Source: Octopus bimaculoides (Eukaryota). Taken from it: DNA of 49,876 bases. Below the pieces are notes generated by a model, which saw only the letters and a list, made by a program, of their open reading frames with translations, ran no database searches and was not told the DNA's origin. Shown piece by piece: positions 39,047 to 49,876 of this stretch (positions within the stretch are counted from its first letter, which is position 1; each line of letters opens with the position of its first letter). The stretch is taken from the NCBI RefSeq assembly GCF_001194135.2, contig NC_068987.1, positions 67,791,815 to 67,841,690 on the forward strand. Reading direction: 5' to 3'. The translations under genes were made by a program, and so were the position numbers.

Positions 39047-39949
39047 CTAAGTTCGGAATTTATTCTTTATAACTAATAGTTTGAGGCATTTAACTAATTA
39101 AAATAATGACGTCAAAAAATCTCTTTGCAATAACGTTACTGGTTCTAATTATAGTACAAGGTCAACAATTTTCAGGGTGGAGTTTAGTCGATATCGGCAC
39201 TTAAGTAGTACTTTTTTATATAAACCATAGAAAGACAAAAAAACAAAGCCGAAGTCCGAGAGATTTGAACTCAGAGAATATATAGCTAGAACGAATGGCC
39301 CAAGCTATTTCTTCAGGTCTATAACCATTATGCCAACTACAACTTTCATATTTAACTCCACAATAGGAAATCTTATAAAACGATTTCTAGTCAGAAAAAA
39401 AAAAAAAAAATTGTATTTTACAGAATGAAAAAGAATTTCTTCGGTTAGAAAAATGTTCAGAGGACATTATGTTAAACTTATTTGATACATTTCTAACAAA
39501 TAATTTTAATCAATATAAATAATATCTCTTTTTAAAGTTAGCTCAACAAATGTCCCATAGAAATTAGAACCAGCGCTGAAAGTTACAACAATTCTTTTTC
39601 GAATACGTCTATGTAAACAATGCGACCGAAGATAGAAGAATAAGTAATGGATACAGAGTTCAGGATTTCGTGCTCCTTCTTCAGAACAACATGCAACTTA
39701 TTAACCACTCACGAACATATTGTTTCAATAATCATTAATTATATGTGAGAAAAGAAATATGTTTAATAAAACAAATAAATAAAACACACACACATACACA
39801 CACACACACCGCCAAAGCAGAGTCTGTGAATGAAAATCTAAATTATTAACGACTACAACAATAATACTTGCTTCAAATGTTGGCACAAGATCAACAATTT
39901 TAAGCGGGAAGTGTAAGTTGATTACATTGTCCTTTATTGATACTTTTCC

Positions 39950-40300
39950 ATCGACTCCAAAGGATAAAAGGCAAAGTCGATCTCGACGGAATATGAACAT
40001 AGGACGTTAAGCCGTACGGAGAGCTACTAAACATTTTGTCCGGCATGCCATCAATTCTGCCAGCTCTCGGACTTAATAACAACGACGACGACGACAACAA
40101 CTACAACAATAGCAATAATAATAATCCATAGGCGCAGGGCCTGAAGTTTTGAGCAGGGGATAAGTCGATTACATAGACACCAGTTCTTAGCTGGTACTTA
40201 TTTCATCGATCTCGAAAGGATGAAATGCGAAGTCTCTCTCGGACGAAATACCGGTAAGATTTTTGCTCGGCGTGCTAACAAGTCTGCCAGCTCGCCGCCC
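39950..40300 (-). mobile_element. Two (TTA)n-family SINE copies (39950-40070, 40125-40300)
   Basis: Reverse-complement heads CTGCCAGCTC and bodies GGCAAAGTCGA / GTCGATTACAT. Confidence 0.78.
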
Positions 40301-40369
<69 letters not shown>

Positions 40370-40370
<1 letters not shown>

Positions 40371-40493
40371 TGGAAGCTATGCCAACGCTATGGAATAACA
40401 CTGGAAGCTATGCCAACACTATGGAATAACACTGGAAGCTATGCCAACACTATGGAATAACACTGGAAGCTATGCCAACATTATGGAATAACA
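40370..40493 (+). repeat. Four tandem 31-bp units CTGGAAGCTATGCCAACACTATGGAATAACA
   Basis: Units start at 40370, 40401, 40432 and 40463; the sequence is coding DNA of the Dong-like element. Confidence 0.93.
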
Positions 40494-41102
40494 ACAGAAA
40501 AAAGATGGTATAAACACACGCCAGAAAAGGTCACNNNNNNNNNNNNNNNNNNNNNNNNNNNNNNNNNNNNNNNNNNNNNNNNNNNNNNNNNNNNNNNNNN
40601 NNNNNNNNNNNNNNNNNNNNNNNNNNNNNNNNNNNNNNNNNNNNNNNNNNNNNNNNNNNNNNNNNNNNNNNNNNNNNNNNNNNNNNNNNNNNNNNNNNNN
40701 NNNNNNNNNNNNNNNNNNNNNNNNNNNNNNNNNNNNNNNNNNNNNNNNNNNNNNNNNNNNNNNNNNNNNNNNNNNNNNNNNNNNNNNNNNNNNNNNNNNN
40801 NNNNNNNNNNNNNNNNNNNNNAACTCGAATGTGGAATCTAAAAACAGAAACAATTCCTATCATAGTAGGTGCGTCAGGTATAATAAAAAAATATTCAGAC
40901 AAATACATAACAAAAACACCAGGACTTACAAATATATATAACATACAGAAAATTGCACTATGGGCACTGCACACATCCTACGCAAAACACTTTCAATACA
41001 GTAACCATAAGTGCACCACAGCAAACCACAGCACATACCCAAGGCACACAGAGCTGCGCTCGGTAGTGAATTGAAAGCACGTTATAAAAATAAAACTACT
41101 GA
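40370..41102 (+). mobile_element. 5'-truncated Dong-like element spanning a gap, embedded in (TAA)n
   Basis: HWKLCQHYGITTEKRWYKHTPEKV, gap, TRMWNLKTETIPIIVGASGIIKKYSDKY; 3' UTR nearly identical to 1241-1340; (TAA)n at 40301-40369 and 41105-41128. Confidence 0.88.
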
Positions 41103-41128
41103 ACAATAATAATAATAATAATAATAAT

Positions 41129-41715
41129 GGTTTCGAATTTTGGCACATGGCCAGGAACATTGAGAAAGGGTGCTAGTCGATTACATCGACCCCAGTGTTC
41201 AGCAGATACTTAATTTATCGACCTCCGAAAGGATGAAAGGCAAAGTCAACCCCAGCGGAATTTGAACCGAAAACGTGCAGACAGACGAAATGTCGCTAAG
41301 TGTTTCGCCCGGAGTGCTAACGATTCTGCCACCTCACTGCCTTTCTATTATAGGCACAAGGCCTGATTTTTTTTTGAGTGGGGGGGGGGCGGATAAGTCT
41401 ATTACAGCGAACTTACTGCGTAACTGATACTTATTTCATCGACCTCGAGAGGATGACAGGCAAAGTCGATCTTGGCGGAATTCGAATTCAGAATGTTAAG
41501 ACGGATGAAGTACCGCTAAGCATTTCAAAATTGTTTCAAATTTTAGCACAAGGTGAGCAAGTTTCGAGGACGTGAGAAGTCGATTACATCGAACCCAGTA
41601 AACTGGTACTTATTTCATCGACCCTGAAAGGACGGAAGATAAAGTCGAACTCAGCGGTATTTGAACTCAGAACCTGATTTTGCCCGACATGCTAAGGATT
41701 CTGCCAGCTCTCAGC
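41129..41715 (-). mobile_element. Three co-oriented (TTA)n-family SINE copies; further fragments at 39175-39300 and 42730-42850
   Basis: Repeated GTCGATTACATCGA, GAAAGGATGAAAGGCAAAGTC and GATTCTGCCA blocks. Confidence 0.8.
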
Positions 41716-41949
41716 CATGCATTGTTTTGGACCGCAAAAAAATATGAAAACAAATTATCAAAGGCAATGCAAATACAAGAGCAGTGGAGATTTACATAAC
41801 AAAATGTAAAAATAATTATAAAACATAACAACTAAATTGCTCTATGAAGGAAAATGCCATCCAAGAATGAGCAAAGTTCCCCAATGATCACGAGTAACTG
41901 TACTCAAGTGTGCCGTAGCAAATGCTCCTGCCTCCTACTTTACAGCTTA

Positions 41950-42420
41950 CAGACACATGCTGAGGGTAGTCTCATTCATTTGGGTTATTCTCCCTATATT
42001 CACTCATCTCTCTCTACATTGACTTGGACATGGAGGCAGAACCTCTCCGGGCACACATAACTTTTCAAGTAAAACTGAAAAAAAAGCTGATGTAAGTTTT
42101 AGCAAAGGGAAAGGTGTCTGTTTTCAACCCTTTTGGTCTTTCTACCGCATAACCTCTTTTCTCAATTTCACCACACAAATGAAGGTGGACAAAGAAGGTA
42201 GAGAGAGAGATATTCATCGGAGACTCAGCTGATAGCCAGATCCGACCTACATACAACTTCAGGTGTTCGACACAATTCCTCAAGTCTGCAATGCTCAGGC
42301 ACTAGACGATCGTATGCAAAGCAGTTTCATTGCACTTTGAGTTTGTTGAGCAATATCGGCTGACGGCATTCCTTCCGTGTTGGCTATGTCCCTGGTAGTA
42401 GTTTTATTTTAAAATGCATT
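41950..42420 (-). mobile_element. 3' fragment of the L1/Tx1-type family
   Basis: VEHLKLYVGRIWLSAES matches VEHLLSRIGRIRLSAES at 29200-29260; TTTTACTTGAAAAG matches TTTCACTTGAAAAG at 29420. Confidence 0.72.
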
Positions 42421-43302
42421 GTCTCAATTACCCGCCTGCAACAGTTACAGGAGTCACGATTGACTTTAAGAAATGCATTTTGCACACCCGAGCTTTAACT
42501 CAAATAAGGCCACGAATGAATTTAACTCCATCGCTACCCACGTACTCCATACACTATAGCATACACTGAGGGCATACTCTATTGCTTGTCTTACTCCATT
42601 GCTTAGTGAGGAATACCCTACATTACAAATGGTATTATTTCTAAATGATGCTACCGGGAATCGCTCATTATATTGCGTCAAAAGGAGATCAGTTTATAAA
42701 ATAAATTCCCCGACGTAAGTTTTGCTTACAGATTTCAAATTTTAGCACATGGCCACAATTTCGAAGGAGGGGCTAAGACGATTACAACGACCTCAGTACT
42801 CAACTGCTACTTATTTTATGGAACCCGAAAGGATGACAAGCAAAGTTGACAATATTACAAGACATTTTATCATTAGGTAAAATCCTTATAATCTCCCACT
42901 GTGTTAGTTAAATCATATCTTACTTGTATTTAACTTATCGCTCTACCACTCTTATCATAGCGCTTAATTTTCAACGCCATTCCCTTAAATTGTGTCAGTT
43001 TTTCTTCTTATCCTGTTATATCAAAACTTGTGGTTACTATAATAAACCCCTTCCTTACTGTACTGAGAACACGACATCCTTTAGGTGGTCCATTATCCTT
43101 ATATATTCGTTGACCGGATTTTGTCAATTAATATCCTTATCTCACATTTTCTCTTTGATCGCTCCACCTTTCTCTCCCTCCCACATCTTCGAAAACCTAC
43201 CTCATCAACATACTTTATCCCTTTTCTAATCTTTATGTGTGTCAGAAGTTGCTAGAAAATATATATTCGCCATCCTGAAGTGGGTCAGCCATCTTGACTT
43301 AC

Positions 43303-43325
43303 CTGTTTCATCGAAAATAATTGTG
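43303..43325 (-). CDS. Candidate 23-nt micro-exon
   Basis: ggtgtttgcag|CACAATTATTTTCGATGAAACAG|gtaagt; the TIIFDET frame ends in phase 1, compatible with the 39046 exon. Confidence 0.3.
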
Positions 43326-43732
43326 CTGCAAACACCAATGACATCATGTATATATATTTAATTAAAGTTTTGTCTCAGTGATAGGGAAACAGCAGTGGAG
43401 ATAAAACGTTTTATAATTCCTTTTCTTTTCTTTCATTCGCTTTTCTATATAATGCAATCTGTATTTCTATTTTGTGCTCCATGTAAATAGACGATGTACG
43501 CCTAGCAGAGTTTATCTGCGTTTCTACATCACGCTCTCTCTTTCTCTCCCTCCCTCTCTCTCAATCACCCTCTTCCTCTGCTTTTCCTTTTCTCTCTCCT
43601 GTGCTTTCACGACCCTCTCTGTCTCTTCCACGTGGTAAGAAATTTGCTTCCCAACCACTGTGTGGCACCTTTGGCAAGTGTCTCCCGCTACAGCTTCGGA
43701 CTGAAAATGAAAGAATCCTGTCGTATATTAAA

Positions 43733-43978
43733 TTATAAAATGGTGACTTTAGTGGACTTCTTTCCAGTTTCAGCGAGAGAATTTTTAGCCCTGCTCTTTG
43801 CAGCGCCTGTAACTCCAAACTGGGTCACAGTTTTCCAAAATGAACGCCCCACAAAACATCGATAGCCTACATTTAGTGCCTCTACAAACTTCCAGCCCCG
43901 ATTTGGGCATAACTTTAAGACTTCCTGGTATTTGGCAGGCCCTTCTCATGGGGTTCCTCCATGCAGCATAATCAGTTC
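43733..43978 (-). pseudogene. HERO-like RLE C-terminal fragment
   Basis: AKYQEVLKLCPNRGWKFVEALNVGYRCFVGRSFWKTVTQFGVTGAAKSRA resembles the recalled HERO-type terminus KY.EL..C...GW....VEVGCRGF.G.SL....LG.TG. Confidence 0.65.
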
Positions 43979-44261
43979 CTACAAAACTATTTGTCTGTAC
44001 GTAAGTACATAGATACATACATACAGACAGACAGGTGTCTCAAAGCCAGAAAGGAGAAAGCGGATTCGAAGTCTACAGATCCAAGTCATCACTGAAACTG
44101 TACAAATCTGTAAAACTTCTCAGAAGTTAATTATATTTAATTATATTATTTAATTATAGATGAGCATGTCTAAATATGTTAGTATATGCATGAGAAGACA
44201 TAGATGAAACAAAACATACCGATCTGAACGTATACATGCATACATACATTCTTCTCGCCCT

Positions 44262-44559
44262 TTTAAAGTTTAGCAAGTCTCATGAGCCCGGTTTCCCGGT
44301 TTCTATGGCGCATGTGTTCCACCCAGCTGGACGGGACGCCAGTCCATCACAGTGTTACTCAAGAAACAGGTAGAAAGCGTGAGAGGAAGTTGGGGCGAGA
44401 GAGTACAACAGGGGTCGCTACCACCCCCTGTCAGAGCCTCGTGGAGCTTTTAGGTGTTTTCGTTCAATAAACACACACAACGCCCGGTCTGGGAATCGAA
44501 ACCGCGATCCTCCGACGGCGAGTCTGCTGCCCTAACCACTGGGCCATTGCGCCTCCACA
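44262..44559 (-). mobile_element. tRNA-derived SINE, head H1 + tail T2
   Basis: Head and body match 16398-16590; tail GATGGACTGGCGTCCCGTCCAGCTGG..GAAACCGGG..CATGAG. Confidence 0.88.
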
Positions 44560-44568
44560 AATGAGCCC

Positions 44569-44810
44569 TTTTAAAGCCTAGCCAGGCTCATGGGCCCGGT
44601 TTCCTGGTTTCAATGGCGTATGTGTTCCCCAGCTGGACGGGACGCCAGTCCATCGCAGCGTTACTCATTTTTGCCCGTTGAGTGGACTGGAGCAACGTGA
44701 AATGAAATGTTTTGCTCAAGAACACAACGCGTCGTCCAATCCTGGAATCGAAACCACAATCTTGTGATCACGATGCTGACACTCTAACCACTAAGCCACG
44801 CGCCTCCACA
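44569..44810 (-). mobile_element. tRNA-derived SINE, head H2 + tail T2
   Basis: Head and body match the 5810-5958 block; same T2 tail as its neighbour. Confidence 0.88.
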
Positions 44811-45629
44811 CATACATACATACATACATACATACACATACAAAAATACCCCGTTGTTGATGTTGAAGTTTCAGTGAGGGAGACTTGGACGTAGGTTAGA
44901 AACCGTTTCTTTCCCTATTGGCAAGAAATCTTGAAATAAAACTGAATAATGACATACATACGTACGTGTGTGTGGTTATATAATTTATAAGCGTTTGTTG
45001 TATACGCCTCTGCCTGTGTGGTCGGAGAGAGAGATAGCTTTTATGTAACCAAAATTCCTACAACCAAAGACCCAATAAAGGTAGAAACATAATTATTATT
45101 AATATCTCTCGTATGACTGTACAAGATATCCGGCTCCACTGGTTTCTCCTTCTCATAGTCGACGTCATCATTATCCTCCCCCTCATGCCCCTCCTCCTCC
45201 TCTTCCTCCTCTTCCTCCTCTTCCTCCTCTCCCCCTCCTCCTCTTCTTCCTCCTCCTCAGCTTCGTCGTCATCATCATAATCACCATTAAAAGTTAGCAC
45301 AACTTCATCTCTTCATTCTCTCCCATTTTTCTCCTTTGCTTCGCTCACTTTTTTCTTCATCACCTCCTTCCATTGCCCTTTTCCCTAGCTAGCTTCCTTC
45401 TTTTCCTTCTTTTGTTGTTCATTCTTTTTTGACTGCTTCTGCATCATCTTGTTTTTCTTTTCTAATTCCTTGTACTCCTTCCCTTTCATCTACTTTTTAT
45501 CTTTCTTCCTTTTCTTTCATCAATATTGCTATCTCGTAACTTGCGAGGACAATGGCCTCTCATTTCAGGAACTACAGATGGATGAATTTTCTTTCTTTCT
45601 TTCAGCTTCAAAATTTTTGTTTCTTCAAT

Positions 45630-45698
<69 letters not shown>

Positions 45699-45955
45699 AT
45701 TCATTTTTCATTGTTTTTTTTTTTTCTGTCCAACTATTTTTCTGTCACTCTTTCTGTGTTCTTGCCATCTTTCTCTATCACTCTTTCTTTCTTTCTTTCT
45801 TTGTCTTTCTTTCTTTGTCTTTCTTTCTTCCTTTCTTTCTTTCTCTCTGTCTTTCTTTCTTTCTTACAATTTTTGTCACTCATTCTTTTCATTCATTCTT
45901 TCATTGTTTCTGCTTTATTCCTTTTCTTTTCTTACATTTACATTCTTTCTTTCTT

Positions 45956-45997
<42 letters not shown>

Positions 45998-46315
45998 TCG
46001 TTCTCTCAATCTCCTCCTCTCCCCCGCTTTCTCACTCTCTCTCTTGCTAGCTTCCTTCTGTCGGGTGTAGTTTCTCTTCTTTTTTCTATTTACAGCCGAT
46101 CACCAAGTCTTCTCAACATATCTCATTACCAGAAAGTGGCGAACAAGAATACGAAGAGAGGACGGGTTGTGAGGAGGGGGGGGGCTAACAATATTAGAAT
46201 GAAGGAATGGAAGAATGAACAAATGAATAAATAAATAAACAGCAAATAAATTCGTAACAACCTAATAATAGTCAAATGGAACGAAATATTTCATATACCT
46301 CACTGTGAGAGAAGT

Positions 46316-46376
<61 letters not shown>

Positions 46377-46484
46377 GTTGCTGCTGATGTTGCTGATGCT
46401 GCTACTACTACTGCTGCTACTACTACTACTAGTAATGATGATGATGATAAGGATGATGATAATGATAATAATAATAATCATAGC

Positions 46485-46599
<115 letters not shown>

Positions 46600-46787
46600 T
46601 GATTCCACCGCCAAGTAGCTAGCTAACGAAGATCAGTGACGATATGAACAGGGGAGAGATAATAAGTAGTGTAAGGGTAAGAGTAAAGAAAATGAAACAA
46701 AAAGAAAAAAAAAATGAATGAGTTACATATGATAGTATGCATTAAATGTCAAATTAATTACATTCCTTTGGGAACGCCTTCTTTTAG

Positions 46788-46963
46788 ACAACTCTCAGAA
46801 AACTGCCAGTGGCTCTCTTGTGGCTGTCGTCTTTAGCAGTAATATTATTGTCAAACTCCATATGCCGCTTTGGGCAGAATCTCAGAACAAAGACCACTGA
46901 GAATGTGCAAAAGATGAAAGAATTCCATAATGGCATCTTGACTTTTTCTGCGTATGCGTCTGT
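46788..46963 (+). CDS. Candidate exon with a hydrophobic segment (unassigned)
   Basis: ccttcttttag|TTLRKLPVALLWLSSLAVILLSNSICRFGQNLRTKTTENVQKMKEFHNGILTFSAYAS|gtaagt, 176 nt; an antisense frame is also open. Confidence 0.25.
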
Positions 46964-47695
46964 GTAAGTATATAAATGAAAGTGTATATGTGAGTGCGTG
47001 TGTAAATATGTCTGTGTGTGTGTATTTGTGTGTATATGTTGGTTTAAGTGTACGTGACTCCGTGTGTATAGATTTGTGCATAAATGTGTGTGTGTGTATA
47101 GATTTGTATGTATGTCTGTTTGTGTATGTGTGAGTATGTATGAATCTGTATGCATACAAACTTTTGTATACATACCGCATGACGTCATCAAAATATGTAT
47201 ATGTAAGAAAACCTACAGATGTAGTTATATATNNNNNNNNNNNNNNNNNNNNNNNNNNNNNNNNNNNNNNNNNNNNNNNNNNNNNNNNNNNNNNNNNNNN
47301 NNNNNNNNNNNNNNNNNNNNNNNNNNNNNNNNNNNNNNNNNNNNNNNNNNNNNNNNNNNNNNNNNNNNNNNNNNNNNNNNNNNNNNNNNNNNNNNNNNNN
47401 NNNNNNNNNNNNNNNNNNNNNNNNNNNNNNNNNNNNNNNNNNNNNNNNNNNNNNNNNNNNNNNNNNNNNNNNNNNNNNNNNNNNNNNNNNNNNNNNNNNN
47501 NNNNNNNNNNNNNNNNNNNNNNNNNNNNNNNNNNNNNNNNNNNNNNNNNNNNNNNNNNNNNNNNNNNNNNNNNNNNNNNNNNNNNNNNNNNNNNNNNNNN
47601 NNNNNNNNNNNNNNNNNNNNNNNNNNNNNNNNNNNNNNNNNNNNNATATATATAATCATAAACACACACATGCTCGCAGGAACATACTCGTAATG

Positions 47696-47735
<40 letters not shown>

Positions 47736-48472
47736 GTGACTTATAAAGGGAGGGGGAGAGGGAGCGAGACAGAAAAAAGAATTAATTTGCTTAAGTAGTC
47801 TACTACATGGCAAGTTGAATACGAAAAAGAAAATAGTCTACAATTTTAACTATATCGAATATTTATAAGAAAAAAAGAATCATATAGATGCCCGGTATAG
47901 AACAATTCAGAGACAAGAGGTAAGTAGTTGGGGTTGTGATATTTGAAGTCTGGTACCGATATATCTGTCAATTAATGTCGTTTAGATCTTATTTATTGTT
48001 AATGGACGAATTAATTCGATTAGTTATAGTTGCCTTTATTTCTATTGTTCCTTCCGCGACATTGATGGAGGCCGTAATATTCTGCCTGTATCTCTTGCGT
48101 CCTTCAATTTTATTGGATAGAATTTTAGAAATATAAACGAGGGTTATATACTTAAGTTTGTTTAGAAATTTATATGCGTTCGTTTAGTAGATAATTTCTT
48201 CAAGAAATCCATGAGAACCGCTAATAGATTTTCGTAGGTTTTGGCTTTCATTCTCGAAAAGTGAAATTTAAATTAATGTATGTATGTAATTATACATACA
48301 TATATACATACATACATACATACATGCATGCATACATACATACATACATACATACATACATAAATACATACATGCTTACATACACATNNNNNNNNNNATA
48401 CATAAATACATACATGCTTACATACACATATACATACATACATACATACATACATACATACATACAAATATA

Positions 48473-49346
48473 AAGACCTCGCTGGAGGTGCGAGAACTTG
48501 AAGTTGAGCAGAAGAGGCTGAGGGTGTGCTACAAGCTGATTCGGAAGGAGGGATCCAGTTTGGAGCTGGCCCCTCCAGAAGTAGTGACAACCAGTACAAA
48601 GAAAAGAACCGTGGTGCACAGAATACAAATTACAACCACCAAGAAAATAGAGATAGCTACAGAAGAAGCGATTGAAGAATGTCTGAAGGAAATAAAGGGC
48701 CTGACGTCATTCTACACAAAAGGTAGAAAATATGGCACAGTGGAGATGAGATTTGCCAACGAACAGGAGGCAATAAATCACTCCACTGTACCGCTGAGGA
48801 CACAAAGATGGGTACTCCTGCCAACCTACTGCGGCAAAAGGGTCACCAGAGTTAGGGTACTACCAGAAATTAAAGAAACGTAGTGGTGGAAGCCGTAATG
48901 CACAAAACCGAGGAAAACACCAAAATTCTAAAGGTGACAAAGAAGGTAAATTAGCGTTGATACGGCCTAGAAATGGTCATCCAGGTGAACAAAATTTAAG
49001 CAAAATTGCAGAAGAGGTGATTCTACCGGAGGACATAAGGTTGAGAGTGGTGGTAGAAGGAAAACCACCAAACTGCTATCGATGCGGAGAAAAGGAACAC
49101 ATTCGAATAAAATACCCCCAGAGAGACAATAAAAACGAGGGAAGTCAACAGGAGCAGAGTGCCGAAGTGGCGGGCCTAGCAAAGGAGAAAAGCATGGAAG
49201 AAGCGAAAGAGGCATTTACGGAGGTGACCACGAGAAAGAGAAAAGAATTAGTGAACTCACCTCCGAAAGTCCAAAAAAGAAAACGAAGGAGAGTGAAACA
49301 GATATTGCACAGCTTGTACAGCATGTATCTCCACCAGCATCACTAA
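48473..49346 (+). pseudogene. L1/Tx1-type LINE ORF1 pseudogene (RRM-like region + Gag-type Zn knuckle)
   Basis: GRKYGTVEMRF..WVLLPTYCGKR; RLRVVVEGKPPNCYRCGEKEHIRIKYP (CX2CX4HX4C with the last C lost); basic tail; stops and frameshifts; no ORF2 follows. Confidence 0.8.
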
Positions 49347-49717
49347 CGAAAGGGAAAGTAAAAGAGAGATAGGTGAATTTTTAATCGAAACCAAAACTGT
49401 TGTGGTATTTCATGAGATAGATGATATGAATCAACTGAAGATACACCCTCTGTGGTGAAAAAAAAATCAATGCGTATAAGTTATATAAGTGATATAACCC
49501 GAGTGTACGTACTGAAATACTGAACTACAAATTCATAGTGGGTGTATTCAGGAAAAACTCGTGGGTAATGCACTCTATTGCAGCATGAGACCGAAATGCC
49601 TGCACTAGGTTGTGTGTGTTTGCTCTAGAAAGTTTAATATGGCACAGTTGTGGCCCTGTGGTTGACAAAACGTTTTTCAACTGTATGGCCTTCTATTCAG
49701 TCACACACACACACACA

Positions 49718-49756
<39 letters not shown>

Positions 49757-49876
49757 GCAAGATTAATTCCAAAGGCTAATATTGCTCCCTATTTAAAAGT
49801 GAGTTTTTGTTAGAACAAACTATACTGTGGTAGTTACCATAACAGAAACTCTCAGGTGGGATTCTGGTGCACGCTT

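Noticed and set aside
40370-40493. 31-bp repeats as a CRISPR array
   Set aside because: There are no spacers, the units are contiguous retrotransposon coding sequence, and the context is eukaryotic.
48355-48430. Direct repeat on both sides of a 10-N gap
   Set aside because: Typical of unmerged overlapping contig ends.

Overview
AT-rich, microsatellite-dense eukaryotic draft-assembly DNA with nine N-gaps. The repeat families and composition best fit a cephalopod (Octopus-like) genome; that assignment is inference from recalled repeats, not a database result. No complete host gene can be named, and most long ORFs in the supplied track are artefacts of simple repeats or N-runs. Supported content: five R4/Dong-type non-LTR retrotransposon fragments with a restriction-like endonuclease (RLE), sitting in (TAA)n or (GAA)n tracts; a HERO-like RLE fragment; three L1/Tx1-type LINE fragments; a Gypsy LTR relic; a Tc1 transposase pseudogene; four palindromic MITE/foldback elements; about 20 tRNA-derived SINE copies; and a tRNA-His pseudogene. 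A few weak candidate exons lie in unique DNA. The best leads are: (1) microsatellite-targeted RLE elements chained head-to-tail and apparently using SINE-associated (TTA)n tracts as targets; (2) a near-intact tRNA-His joined to a SINE 3' tail; (3) all four head x tail combinations of two SINE modules; (4) a phase-compatible chain of minus-strand exons at 38.5-43.3 kb. There is no CRISPR array or prokaryotic system. Element boundaries were read by eye and may be off by several bases.
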